Made by a program: the position numbers and the translations under genes. Below the pieces are notes generated by a model. It was not told where the DNA came from. It ran no database searches and was given only the letters and a program-made list of their open reading frames with translations. A stretch of DNA of 64,000 nucleotides from Mobula hypostoma (lineage: Eukaryota), in contig NC_086098.1 of NCBI RefSeq assembly GCF_963921235.1, forward strand, positions 7,378,001 through 7,442,000. Direction: 5' to 3'. Each line of letters starts with the position of its first letter. Position 1 is the first letter of the stretch. Positions 11,976 to 23,322 of the stretch are shown here, one piece after another.

Positions 11976-12595
11976 ATTTCAAGTTTGACACAAGTAAAGA
12001 TCGCCACATATACTGAGGAAGAACATTCAAGGATGTTCTTAAAACCTCCTTGAAAAGTGAAATAACCCCTGGCATGCAAGTGCTTAACCCAGATTCAGTC
12101 CATGTGTTGAGTGCACACATGTCTCGTATAAGCATGAGAAAACTACACCCTAATGGCCACCAAGCTGCTCGGGCTCCAACTTCGGCAAAGTTCGGCGATG
12201 TCCCGTTGGCCTTCTCAGACTATTCTAATCCTATGGATTGGAAGCAAGCCACCAATGACACAGAACATCTGCCCAAAAAGGAGAAGAATTATGAAAAACA
12301 TACAGTAAGTTTGCTTCCTCTGGAAGAATCGTGGCTAATCCAGTCCACACTGAACTCACTTATTCAACCTGCAGAGGATGTGTGAAAATTTATCTCCGAA
12401 TTGACTGGTTTTAAAGGAAATGTGACAAAGTTCATATCTTTCCAGCAAAATATTTCACACATCAGTAATTTATTGTCAAAAATTTGAGGAAAAAAATGGC
12501 AGGAAAACACTCATTTCATCGCAAAATTGGAGCAATATGAAGCTGTGCATTATTTTAAAGATAAGTTCGTTCTCTGTGATGAGTGCTTCTCACAC

Positions 12596-13110
12596 GCAGA
12601 GGCCACTTTATTAGGTACATCTATGCACCTCGTTCATGCAAAATATCTAATCAGCCGATCATGTGGCAGCAACTCAATGCATAAAAGCTGCAGACAGGGC
12701 TAAGAGGCTCAGTTGTCAGAATGGGGAAGAAATGTGATCTAAGTGACTTTGACTGGAAATGATTTTTTTGTGTCAGACAGGGTGGTTTAAGTATCTCAGA
12801 TTTTTGCACACAGTAATCTCTTGAGTTTGCAGAGAATGGTGGGAAAAACAAAAAAAAAACACACACTGAGTGGCATGTATGTGGGCAAAATGCCTTGTTA
12901 ATGAGAGAGGTCAGAGGAGAATGCCGGACTGGTTCAAGCTGACAGGAAGGCAACAGTATCTCAAATAATCATATATTACAACAGTGGTGTGCTGAAGAGC
13001 ATCTCTGAATGCACAACACGACAGACCTTGATGTGGATGGGCAGAAGACCATAAACATACGTTCAGGGGCTACTTTGCTAATGCAGGAGGTAGCTAATAA
13101 AGTGGCCGTG
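12596..13110 (+). mobile_element. Tc1 HTH-only derivative (uninterrupted, about 515 bp)
   Basis: GGCCACTTTATTAGGTAC...CTAATAAAGTGGCC TIRs. ATGGGGAAGAAATGTGATCTAAGTGACTTTGAC encodes MGKKCDLSDFD, the Tc1 transposase start. Confidence 0.85.
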
Positions 13111-13329
13111 TCCTGACTCGTCACTGCTGGCATGTGGTATGGATCAGCTGTACTCACAGCATGCTTCATGCTTATGCTCATTTCCAGACCAGCTCTACCG
13201 TCAGGCCAGGGTCAATAAAGTCTTGAGCAGAGGTTGTGTGTTCAGCCTTGTGTTAAACCAAAGTCCCAACAGCTCTCGCAAAGAACAAAACCTGGAGAAT
13301 TTTCATGGTGTTCTGCCCAAAATTTATCC

Positions 13330-13770
13330 ATAAAACAGAGGAGCAGAACTGGGCCATTCAACCCATTGAGTCTGCTCTGCCATTCCATCAAGGCCGATTT
13401 ATTATCCCTCTAAATCCCATTCTCTTGCCTTCTCCCCGTAACCTTTTATGACCTGATTAATCATAAACTTATCAGCCTCCGCCTTGTATATACATCATAA
13501 CTTGACCTGCACAGCTGCCTGTGGCAATGAATTCCACAGATTCACCACCCTCAGGCTAAAGAAATCTATTCTGAGGTTGTGCCCACTGGTTTTAGACTCC
13601 CCCACTATAGGAAACATCCTCTTCACATCCATTCTATCTAGTCTTTTCAACATTCAATAGGTTTCAATGAGATCCCTCATTCTTCTAAACTCCAGTGAGT
13701 ACAGGCCCAGAGATGTCAAATGCTCCTTATACGTTAACCCTTTCAGTCTTGGGGTTATTGTTGTGAATCT
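13330..13770 (-). mobile_element. Old CR1 3' fragment
   Basis: Reverse-strand CR1 ORF2 end and 3' UTR. Confidence 0.7.
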
Positions 13771-13817
13771 CCAAGTGATTCTTGAAATATCATTACTAAT
13801 GCTTCATGCCCCCCTGT

Positions 13818-14095
13818 GGCATGGTAGTGTATTGGTTAGCACAACGCTACAGTACCAGCGACCCGGGTTCAATTCCTGCCGCCAACTGTAAGGAGTTTGT
13901 ACGTTCTGCCCATGATCGCGTGGGTTCTCCCCCACCACCCGCCCCCCCCCCGCAGTCCAAAGACGTACCAGTTGGTGGGTTAATTGGTCATTGTAAATTG
14001 TCAGTTGATTAGGCTAGGGTTAAATTGGGAGTTGCTGGGCAGTGCGGATCGAAGAGCCTATTCTGTGCTATAGCTCAATCACTCAATCCATTGGT
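13818..14095 (+). mobile_element. tRNA-derived SINE (V-SINE/HE1-like)
   Basis: A-box-like TAGTGTATTGG, B-box GGTTCAATTCC, and a V-domain-like core CAGTCCAAAGACGTAC..TAATTGGTCATTGTAAATTG. Confidence 0.7.
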
Positions 14096-16607
14096 GAACT
14101 CTCTGATTTTCTGACACTATAATGTGATCTGTCATATACTGAAGACATGAATGTGATATAAAAAACAAATTTTCCTTATTTTTACTACCAACATTATCTG
14201 AGCACATTCATAATTGTCTATTCTAGCTTGTTTTCCCTTTTGGGCACGTATTATGAACATTATCCATACAAGCAACTTATAATACAGGCTTCACCCAATA
14301 CACCCAATTTCCCTCGGGATCAATAAAGTATATCTAACTATCTATCTATCACAACTGTATGCATAACTCATCAAAAATACAGTTGCATCATGAAATTGTA
14401 CTAAATATTTCCATGATGCTAAAAGCTGCCTCATAATCAATTTGTCAAAGGTGACATCTGATTAAGCGGGCAAATGTGTTTGCCAGTCAACATGGCTGGA
14501 TTATTAATTTACCACTGTGTGCAATATTTTTTCCCTCCGATATTTGTGGCTGTTGACATTACTGGCACAAATCGCTCAGCGTGGCCCGATGAACGCAATG
14601 TTTATGCAGAGGCACAGGCGATGTCAGTGAACTGCTGTCTCACTGACAATCTATCATTACCAGTAGAGTCGGTCTACCTACAGCTTTGAGATGTGAAAGT
14701 GCTATTCATCAGTCTTTTTACCTTGTTTTTAAAGTGGAAAAGCCATTGCACTCGGGCAGTTCCACTCTCTCGACCTTGGAAGTCTGAGTCCAGAGGTACA
14801 AGTAGTCATCACAGCTGGAGTCTTCCTTAGTTGCAGTGGATGACCATGACGTCTTCTGTGCCTTGTCGTGCTGTTCGTTCTCCATGCAGTTGCAGGACTG
14901 GCTTCCTGGCCACTGGATCCCGCTGTTGGTCGCACACACCTGGTCTGCCAGAGCTGACTTCACAGACTGGGACAGGCAAGTCTCTATCTCATCATGCCAA
15001 CTGTCCTCAACTGCTTTAACCTGCCTGTTGAAGTGGGGTTTGGCCACTTTTGCATGCAACCAGCTACTTGGAGCAACACGTGAGAGCTGAGTGTCAAGTG
15101 AAGTCCAGAAGTGAGTGAGATGCCTAGGGATGGGCATGACAAACCCCTTCACCAGAGATGCTATCCCTCCATGGACACCCCATTTATCCCTTGATAGATA
15201 TAGGTATTTGCGTACTATCTGGAAAGCTAACACTCTGAGTAACCGAGGCAAAAATATTCTGACACAAGTCAAAGATGTAAATGCCTGCAAAAAAATGAAC
15301 CTCAGGGTAGCATATAACATATATGTACTTTGGTAATAAATTTACTTTGAACGCTGAACTGTTGAACTTTGAGATATTCTCACTGCTTCCGCTTCTGAAG
15401 ATCAGAATCAGAATCAGGTTTATTGTCACTGACAGATGTTGTGAAATTTGTAGTTTTCCTGAAATTTTTGTTCTTCACAGACATCCACGAAAACAGAAGA
15501 TTGCCCCAAAGAATGAGTGACAATAGAAATGTTAGAACCCCAAAAGCCTCCCCCACTCCCCCATGCACAAGCAGCAGTAAAGCAATGAGCCTCCCCCTCC
15601 CCCACTTACCTCAGCAAAAAAACCAGCAGCACCCTCCACCCACCAAGCAAGCCCCCAAGAAAGACCATGATTTGCACGACAACAAAAACTAATCACTCAC
15701 CCGACAATTTGACATATCACAGGCTCTCTCTCTCTCTTTCTCTAATACTGGGAAAGGGAGGTGCCCCTTTTCACAGAGCGAGGGGAGACATAACAAAACA
15801 ACTCGCTGATTTGCGGTGATAGTCTGTCACGTCGCTTTTTTCCAAGTTCTGTAACTCAAGAATCGGCAACAAATTCTCCCCCACCAATGGAGAGGGGGAG
15901 AGAGAGAGAGAGAGAGAGACTGAGAGAATGAGATTGAGATTTACCGAGTACAGAGCCTCCGCCAGCTGTTTCTAATGTTCTATTTTCTCCCGCGATGCTT
16001 TGGTTGGCAGCATCAGATAGAATTAGCTCATTCACAGGGATGCGAAGCCTCAGAGCCCCACAAAAATAGAGAGGTATTATACATGATTTCTTTGTCTTTT
16101 CTGAAATATGCTGACGGAGAGGAAGAAGCTATTCCTGAAACCAGGAGCGTGAGTCTTCAGGTTCCTATACCTCACCTCTCATGAAAGTAATGAGGAGAGG
16201 GCATGGCCTGGATTTATAATCTTCTTTCAGAACCCTGTTGTACAGAGGAGATTGTGTGAAACTATCTGAAAAAGTTCAGGGATGTTAATGTACAACCTTG
16301 AATCAGCACTTATTAGCCAGAGGGTGGTGAATCTATGGAATTTATTGCCACGGGTGGCAGTGAGGTCAAGTCATTGGGTGTATTTAAGGCAGAGATTGAT
16401 AGATATCTGAGTAGCCAGGGCATCAAAGGTTATGGTGAGAAGGCGGGGGAGTGGGACTAAATAGGAGAATGGATCAGCTCATGATAAAATGGCAGAGCAG
16501 AATTGATGGGCCGAATGGCCGACTTCTGCTCCTTTGTCTTATAGTCTTACTAAGTGAATATCAGCTAATTCTCAGATTGGTCTTTCTGGGAGCTTACTGT
16601 ACAATAG

Positions 16608-17570
16608 GTGGTGGGGTGGAGATATATCTCTACCAAAGGAGGTGTAAGGTGCTCCTTCCTTCCACTAGCCTGCAAGTCATCCTTGGGCAAGGTGTAGCAC
16701 CTGCTTCGCTCCCCGATCAGGGTCACATGAAGCCACAGGAGCAGCTGCTGCATATCGGAAGTCCTGTTTATGGGACCACTGGTGCCAGGCAGATAACCTC
16801 TGAGGAGTGTTGATAATGGCTGGAGTCACCCGCCTTGTAAAGATAGTGCCCAGAAGAAGGCAATGGTTAACCACTTTTGTATGTAACACCCTGGGAAAGG
16901 TTTCACTGCTAATGTAATGGTCTTTCTGTAGAGCACTGAAAATGTAATGGTTTTTCCGTAGCAGCAGTGTTTGGGTTATGGCTAGAGATAACGGGGGCTT
17001 TGGAATGTGCGCCGTCCAATGGAGGGAGTGTGTTTTCTTGTTGTGTGCCCGAGACCGAGGGGATCTGGGTCTTTTGTTTGGCGGAAGATGAAGAGAAAAG
17101 ATGCCAGAATGAGAGATTGTAGACACCAGAAAGGAATGGATTTGGAGTGGAGCCGAGAGTTGACGAAGCCCGGGTAAATCAATGGAGGACCAGTGGAAGG
17201 GAAACCATGAGCTCCAACTTGTGCATGTTAGACTGTTTCATTAAAATGGGCCCTTTTCTTTTTGTTTTACTTTACCAACCCTTTAGTCAAATTAAGAATT
17301 ATAAAGCTAAATTGTTTAATTGCATATGGTGTACTCTCTGCTATTTTGTGGCACTGATTTGTGACGGGGGGAACAGATCACACAGCATCCACACAAGCAA
17401 GAGGATTTGCACCTCAGATTTCACACGCTTGGCGGGGCCAGAGATTGTCTTCCCTGGACTAACGCCGCTGGCCAACAGAACCTGAGGATTACATGTGGAA
17501 GAATTTGCCAAGAACAATCACAGTCATGGAAAAAAACCATGATCACCCATGACACGTAGTAATGATGACA
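16608..17570 (+). mobile_element. Unclassified ~350-bp SINE-like repeat, split by a solo LTR (other copies about 20553-20865 +, 32200-32550 -, 49795-50160 +)
   Basis: All four loci share TCTACCAAAGGAGGTGTAAGG..CCTGCAGGTCACCCTTGGGCAAGG..AAACCACTTCTGTAGAA. The tail is ATGA/GAAT-like. Confidence 0.7.
16882..17493 (+). mobile_element. Solo LTR (612 bp)
   Basis: TGTAAC...ATTACA termini and a 4-bp TSD TGTA/TGTG. A related partial copy lies at 37806-38210. Confidence 0.8.
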
Positions 17571-18149
17571 GTGATAGTACAATAATTGCCCTATTTTTTG
17601 TGTTACACCACAGGCTTTAGGTCTATTGTCTTATCATGTCCCTTAGTGTTCTAGTGGAATTGAAGATGAATTGCTTCCATTTCTGTTTTGTAGGTTTATA
17701 GGCGGCACATGATTCTGCCACAGGTGGGGCAGAACGCTCTTCACAAGGTTGGTGGCTGAGTATTTGGAAGGGAGTACTCTCATTCAGTGGAATGAAATGG
17801 ACAGTGGACATTTCAGATCAAGACCGTTCGTCTATATAGATAAAGAGTGTTCGCATAATATTTTTCTCTGTCCATTTCCCTCTACAGACCATAAAACAGA
17901 ACGATTCTACAGGTGTTGGAAATGCAGAGAAACGCACAAAAATGCTAGAGGAGCTCAGCGGCACACGCAGTACCTCCGGCATTTTGTGTGTGGGTCCCTC
18001 CACAGAAACTGTCAGACCCGCTGAATTCCTCCAGCATCTTGTTCACCGAGTATCTACAGTCTAGTGCTCTTGATCAGCTGTCTTCATGTTCCCAATGAAA
18101 GGATTCAAGGTTCTCAGTGCCATCCTGAAATCACTTTCTCCATTTTGCA

Positions 18150-18515
18150 AGCACCACTTGCGCTGCCAGCTCATTCCACACTCTTATGACCCTCTAAGTG
18201 ATGGTTTCCCCTCATGTGCTTCTAAAACTTTTCACCTTTCACCTTTAACCCATGACCTCTAGTTGTAGTCCCTCCCCACCTCAGTGGAAAAAACCTGCCT
18301 GCATTTACCCAATCTATACCCGTCATAATTTTGGACACCTCTATCAGATCTCCTCTCAATCTTCTATATTCCAAGGAATAAATTCCTAACCTATTCAATC
18401 TTTTCTTATAACTTAGGTCCTCCAGAGCCAGCAACAATATTGTAAATTTTCTCTGTGCTGTTTTAACCTTATTTACATCTTTCCTGGCGGTAGGTAACCA
18501 AAGATGCACACAACA
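18150..18515 (-). mobile_element. Old CR1 3' fragment
   Basis: The minus ORF reads QRKFT..LSY..RL..LGIYSLEYRRLRGDLIE..TRGH. Confidence 0.8.
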
Positions 18516-19398
18516 TTGTATCACACCAATTGTGTACCAGTTTGCAGGCACATTGGGCAATCTGATTCAATGATGCTTTGGCACTTGCTGAGGTTGTGAA
18601 AATGCGAGCCATTTGTTTATAGTCTCCTGCTGTGCTCAGTTGAAATGCTTTTAAGGAATTACATTAATTTGGACAGGTAAAATTTCCTTTGTTGCCCTTG
18701 AGTTCTTTCACTGATTGCCAATTAAGGCAGTACAGATATTCCTCTAATTTCTTTCCTCATCAGATGAGCATTAGTGAAGTATTATATGAGATATATTTAG
18801 CTTTATCCATCTGGAAAGTTTAAAGCCAGTTTGAATTCTTTTTGTTAAACTGAAGCTGTGCAAAGCCCTGGATTCATTGGGCAGCAGCAATGCACCTTGG
18901 GAAGTAGGGTATCCATGGCGAGGGGAATGGGAGAAGGAAGGTGATAGCAAAGTTAACTAGAATATAAGCAACGCTCTGCAAGAGAGATCAAGGGAGAATA
19001 AATAACCTGCAATTATTGATCGTGGGTAAAGGGTGAAAGGTGAAAAGCTTTAGGGGAACTTAAGGGGAAACTTCTTCACTCAGAGGGTTGTGAGAAGGTA
19101 TAAGGAGCTGCCTGTGGAAGTGGTGCATGCAATTTCAATTTCAACATTCAGCCAAGGTTTGGATAGGTATATGGATGGTATATGTGGTCCCAGTGCAGGT
19201 TGAAGGGAGTAGGCAGTTTGGCATGGGTAGATGAGCTGAAGGGTCTGTTTCTGTGCGGTACTTTTCTACGACTCTATGACTCTCGTCTTGAATTCCCTAA
19301 GATATATGGTGGTTAATGATTTGTTTTGTTTTAAGATATTGAAGGTGTAGTTTGAGGGAAAAAAGACTGAGAGAATCTGAGCTAGGGATTAGGATTGC

Positions 19399-20255
19399 CC
19401 TCAGCGGCACTTTGTTTGCCACATCTGATACGTAATAAAGTGGCCACTGAACGTACGTTCATGGTTGTTTGCTGCTGTAGTCCATCCACTTCAAGGTTCA
19501 ATGCCTTGTGGGTTTAGAGATGCACCATTGTTGTAACGTGTGGTTTTTTTGAGTTACTGTCGCCTTCCAGTCAACTTGAACCAGTCTGGCCTTTCTCTTC
19601 TGACCTCTCTCCTTAACAAAACTTTTTCATCCACAGAACTGCTGCTCACTGGATCTCTTTTTGTTTTTCACACCATTCCCTGTAAACTCTACAGACTTTT
19701 CTGCATGAAAATCCCAGGAGAAACGCAGTTTCTGAGATACTCAAACCACCCTGCTCAGCTCCAATAATCATTCCAAAGTCAAAATCACTTGGATCACATT
19801 TCTTCCCCATTCTGATCTTTGGTCTGAACAACAGCTGAAGCTCTTGAGGAAGGTTCTTCCCATCCTGAAGAATGATCTTGGCTGTTTTATCATTTCTACA
19901 GATGCTACCTGACCTGTTGACTTCCTTGAGCATTGTGTGTGTGTGTTGCTTTTGATTTCCAGCATCTGCAGGATTTCTTGTTATTTATGAACTGAAACTC
20001 TTAACTTTGCATACTTCTATTCATTGAGTTGCTGCCACATGATTGGCTGATTAGATATTTGCAGTAAGACCATAGGTCATAGGAGCCGTATAAGACATAA
20101 GATTCAGCCCATTGAGTAGCTCCACCATTTCATCACAGCTGATCTATTATCCTTCTCAAACCCATTCTCCTGCCTTCTCCCTCTGACCTGTTACATCCTT
20201 ACAGATCAAGAACCTCACAAGCAGGTGTCCTTAATAAAGCATCTTGTGAGTGTAT
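19399..20255 (-). mobile_element. Tc1 HTH-only derivative with nested PLE and CR1 fragments
   Basis: The minus ORF reads MGKKCDPSDFDFGMIIGA..GGLSISETAFLLGFS..V.RVYREW. TIR remnants lie at 19399-19450 and about 20225-20254. Confidence 0.8.
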
Positions 20256-21690
20256 GTCCTCTCTCAAAATGTGATGAAAGTGTAAAAGCAGTTTCCCACT
20301 CAGCATAGCAGATGCTACCTCAACCTTTAGTCAGTGATTTATTTTGTAGAAGAAATTTATCAAACTTCCAAATGAAGTGAAGACACAGATTGGATACCTG
20401 ACCAATAATGAGTGGCTGACTAGTCTATCTCTTACATAGAACACTGAACATATAATCTTCTCCTACTTTTCCATGTTCCTACGTGATGACATTTCGCTGG
20501 TATTATTCATTATTGTTTATCGGAATATTATTGTCACATGCACAAAATACATGTGGGGTGGAGATGCATCTCGACCAAAGGAGGTGTAAGGCACTCCTTA
20601 TCTCTTATAGCCTGCAGGTCACCCTTGGGCAAGGTGGAGCACCTGCATAGCCCCCTGATCAGTGTCACATGAAGCCATGGGTGCAGGTGGTGGATGGTCG
20701 TATGAGCAGCTGATGCATATCGCAAGTCCTGGTTATGTGACCACTGACACCAGGCAGACAATCTCTGAAGAGCGTTGATAATGGATGGGTTCACTGACTT
20801 CTAAAGCCACTGTCCAGAAAAAGGCAATGGTAAACCACTTTGGTAGAAAAATTTGCCAACAACATCTTACAATACAGCCGGTAATGAAAGAAGGAACTAA
20901 GGTAGAATGAAAAGCTTGTCTTGCATATTGTTCATACTAATTTATTCATTGCACAGTGTGAGTCCATTGGTGGACTTGAAGCCCATTGTCTGTGAGCGCA
21001 AGGTCAAGTCCAAGTCCGAGTCTAGAGATAGCTGGAGACTGGAAGCCGAAGAAAATAGCCTGTCCGGGGATTGGTGGACTGTGTATGTTCATGAGTGGAA
21101 GGGAGGAATGGGGACTTGGTTTACTGTTGAAGGGTCTCGGTCTGAAATGTCAACTGTTTATCATTGTTTATTCATTTCCATAGATTCTGCCTGACCTGCT
21201 GAGTTCCTTCAGTATTTCATGTGTGTTGCTCTGGATTTCCAGCATTTGCAGAATGTCTTGTGTTTTTTGTTTTGCCTTTGCCATCTCGTTGCTTGTTGTG
21301 TTTTGTGTTGTTCTGCTGAGCGTCGTGGGTATGCTCTGTTGGTGTTGGAACGTATGGCAACATTTGCAGGCTGATCTCAGCACATCCTCAGATGTAACGC
21401 TTGCTAATGCAGATGTCAAGTTTCACGTCACGTTTCAATGTACATGTGAAAAAATAAACTTGTATCTTGCATAAAATTTAAATCGGAATCTGAAATGCTG
21501 CAGGAATTGAGCAGATCAGGCAGTATCTACAGAGAGGAAGAAACAGTCAATGTTTTGGGCTGGGGCACTTGCTCCGGAAGAAACAGATCTTGCTTTATGA
21601 TTTTCAAAATAGATATCACCTGGAACCTACTAGCCTTCTCCTTCCCATCCTCCCCCCATCTTCTTTATAGGGTCTCTGTTCCTTCCCTCT

Positions 21691-21730
21691 TCAGTCCTGA
21701 CGAAGGGTTCCAGCCCGAAACGTCGACTGA
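21691..21730 (+). ncRNA. Minimal type-I hammerhead ribozyme, best-preserved copy
   Basis: TCAGTC-CTGACGA-A-GGG(TTCCAG)CCC-GAAA-C-GTC-GACTGA has a 6-bp helix I, the complete catalytic core and a GUC cleavage triplet. Confidence 0.8.
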
Positions 21731-22334
21731 TCGTTTCCACAGATGCTGCCCGACCTGCTGAGCTCCTCCAGCATGTTGTGAGTGTTGCTATAAATATGAA
21801 ATGATCCATATCTGCATACAAACAGGAGGAATTGGATACCACAGCAGAACCAACAAAACTCCATGGCAAAAGACAGAGATTTCTGATTACCTCACAAAAG
21901 GAAGGAAGTTTTAAAGAGGATGCAGAGGAGATTCACCAGGATGCTACCCAGATTAGAGAGCACGTCTTTTGAGCAATGGTTGAGTGAGCTAAGGCTTTTA
22001 TCTCTGGAGTGAAGCAGGATGAGAGGTGACTTGACAGAGGCGTACAAGATGATACAAGGCATAAATCAAGTGGACTTTTCTTCTGGCTGAGAAAATGGGC
22101 TAATACGAGAGGGCATAATTTTAAGCAAATTGAAGGAAAGTATTGAGAGGAGGTCAGAGGCAACGGCTTTTTTTAGAAAAACAACAACAAAACAAGCCCC
22201 TTTCTTCCCTCACCAACCTCCTCCCCCACCCACGCATGGACAGTCCTCTAACTCCAGGGTAGGCCTCCAGTCGTCTGTGTTTGTGCTCAAAATTTCCAGC
22301 ATCTGTAGAATCTCTTGTGTAACCAATGTTTCTT

Positions 22335-23322
22335 CATGGAGATCAACCCAGATAAGTATGAAGTGGTTCATTTTGGTAGGTCAAATACGATGGCAGAATA
22401 TAGTATTAATGGTGAGGCTCTTGGCAGTGTGGAGGATCAGAGGAATCTTGGGGTCCGAGTTCATAGATGCTCAAAGCAGCTGCGCAGGTTGACTCTGTGA
22501 TTAAGAAGGCAGACGTTGCATTGGCCTTCATCAATTGTGGAATTGAATTTGGGAGCCGAGAGGTAATGTTGCAGCTATATAGGACCCTGCTCAGACCCCA
22601 CTTGGAGTACTGTGCTCAGTTCTGGTCACCTCACTACGGGAAGGATGTGGAAACCATAGAAAGGGTGTAGAGGAGATTTACAAGGATGCTGCCTGGATTG
22701 GGGAGCATGCTTTATGAAAACAGGTTGAGCGAACTCGACCTTTTCTCCTTGGAGCAACGGAGGATGAGAGGTGACCTGATAGAGGTGTATAAGATGATGA
22801 GAGGCATTGATCGTGTGGATAGTCAGAGGCTTTTTCCCAGGGCTGAAATGGTTACCACAAGAGGCCAGTTCATTGGCTATATTTAAGAGGGAGTTAGATA
22901 TGGCCCTTGTGGCTAAAGAGATCAGGGGGTATGGAGAGAAGGCAGGTACAGGGTTCTGAGTTGGATGATCAGCCATGATCATACTGAATGGCGGTGCAGT
23001 CTCGAAGGGCCGAATGGCCGACTCCTGCACCTATTTTCTATGTTTCTATGACACAGGTTTAAGGTGCTGGGGAGTAGGTACAGAGGAGATGGCAGGGGTA
23101 GGTTTTTTTACACAGAGAGTGGTGAGTGCGTGGAATGGGCTGCCGGCAATGGTGGTGGAGGTGGATACGAAAGGGTCTTTTAAGAGACTTTTGGATAGGT
23201 ACATGGAGCTTAGAAAAATAGAGGGCTATGGGTAACCCTAGTGATTTCTAAGGTAGGGACATGTTCGGCACAACTTTGTGAGCCGAAGGGTCTGTATTGT
23301 GCTGTAGGTTTTCTATGTTTCT
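22335..23322 (+). mobile_element. CR1-B 3' fragment with nested CR1-A tail (22860-23050)
   Basis: Paralogous to 9105-10277. The insert matches about 2903-3090. Confidence 0.85.

Noticed and set aside
14718..15200. 200-aa minus ORF
   Set aside because: It has no recognisable domain, probably spans a retroelement 5' UTR-like repeat plus another repeat tail, and could not be classified.
17670..17750. Plus-strand splice acceptor or micro-exon candidates (also about 25375-25400)
   Set aside because: The donors are weak, the peptides unrecognisable, and such sites are expected by chance.
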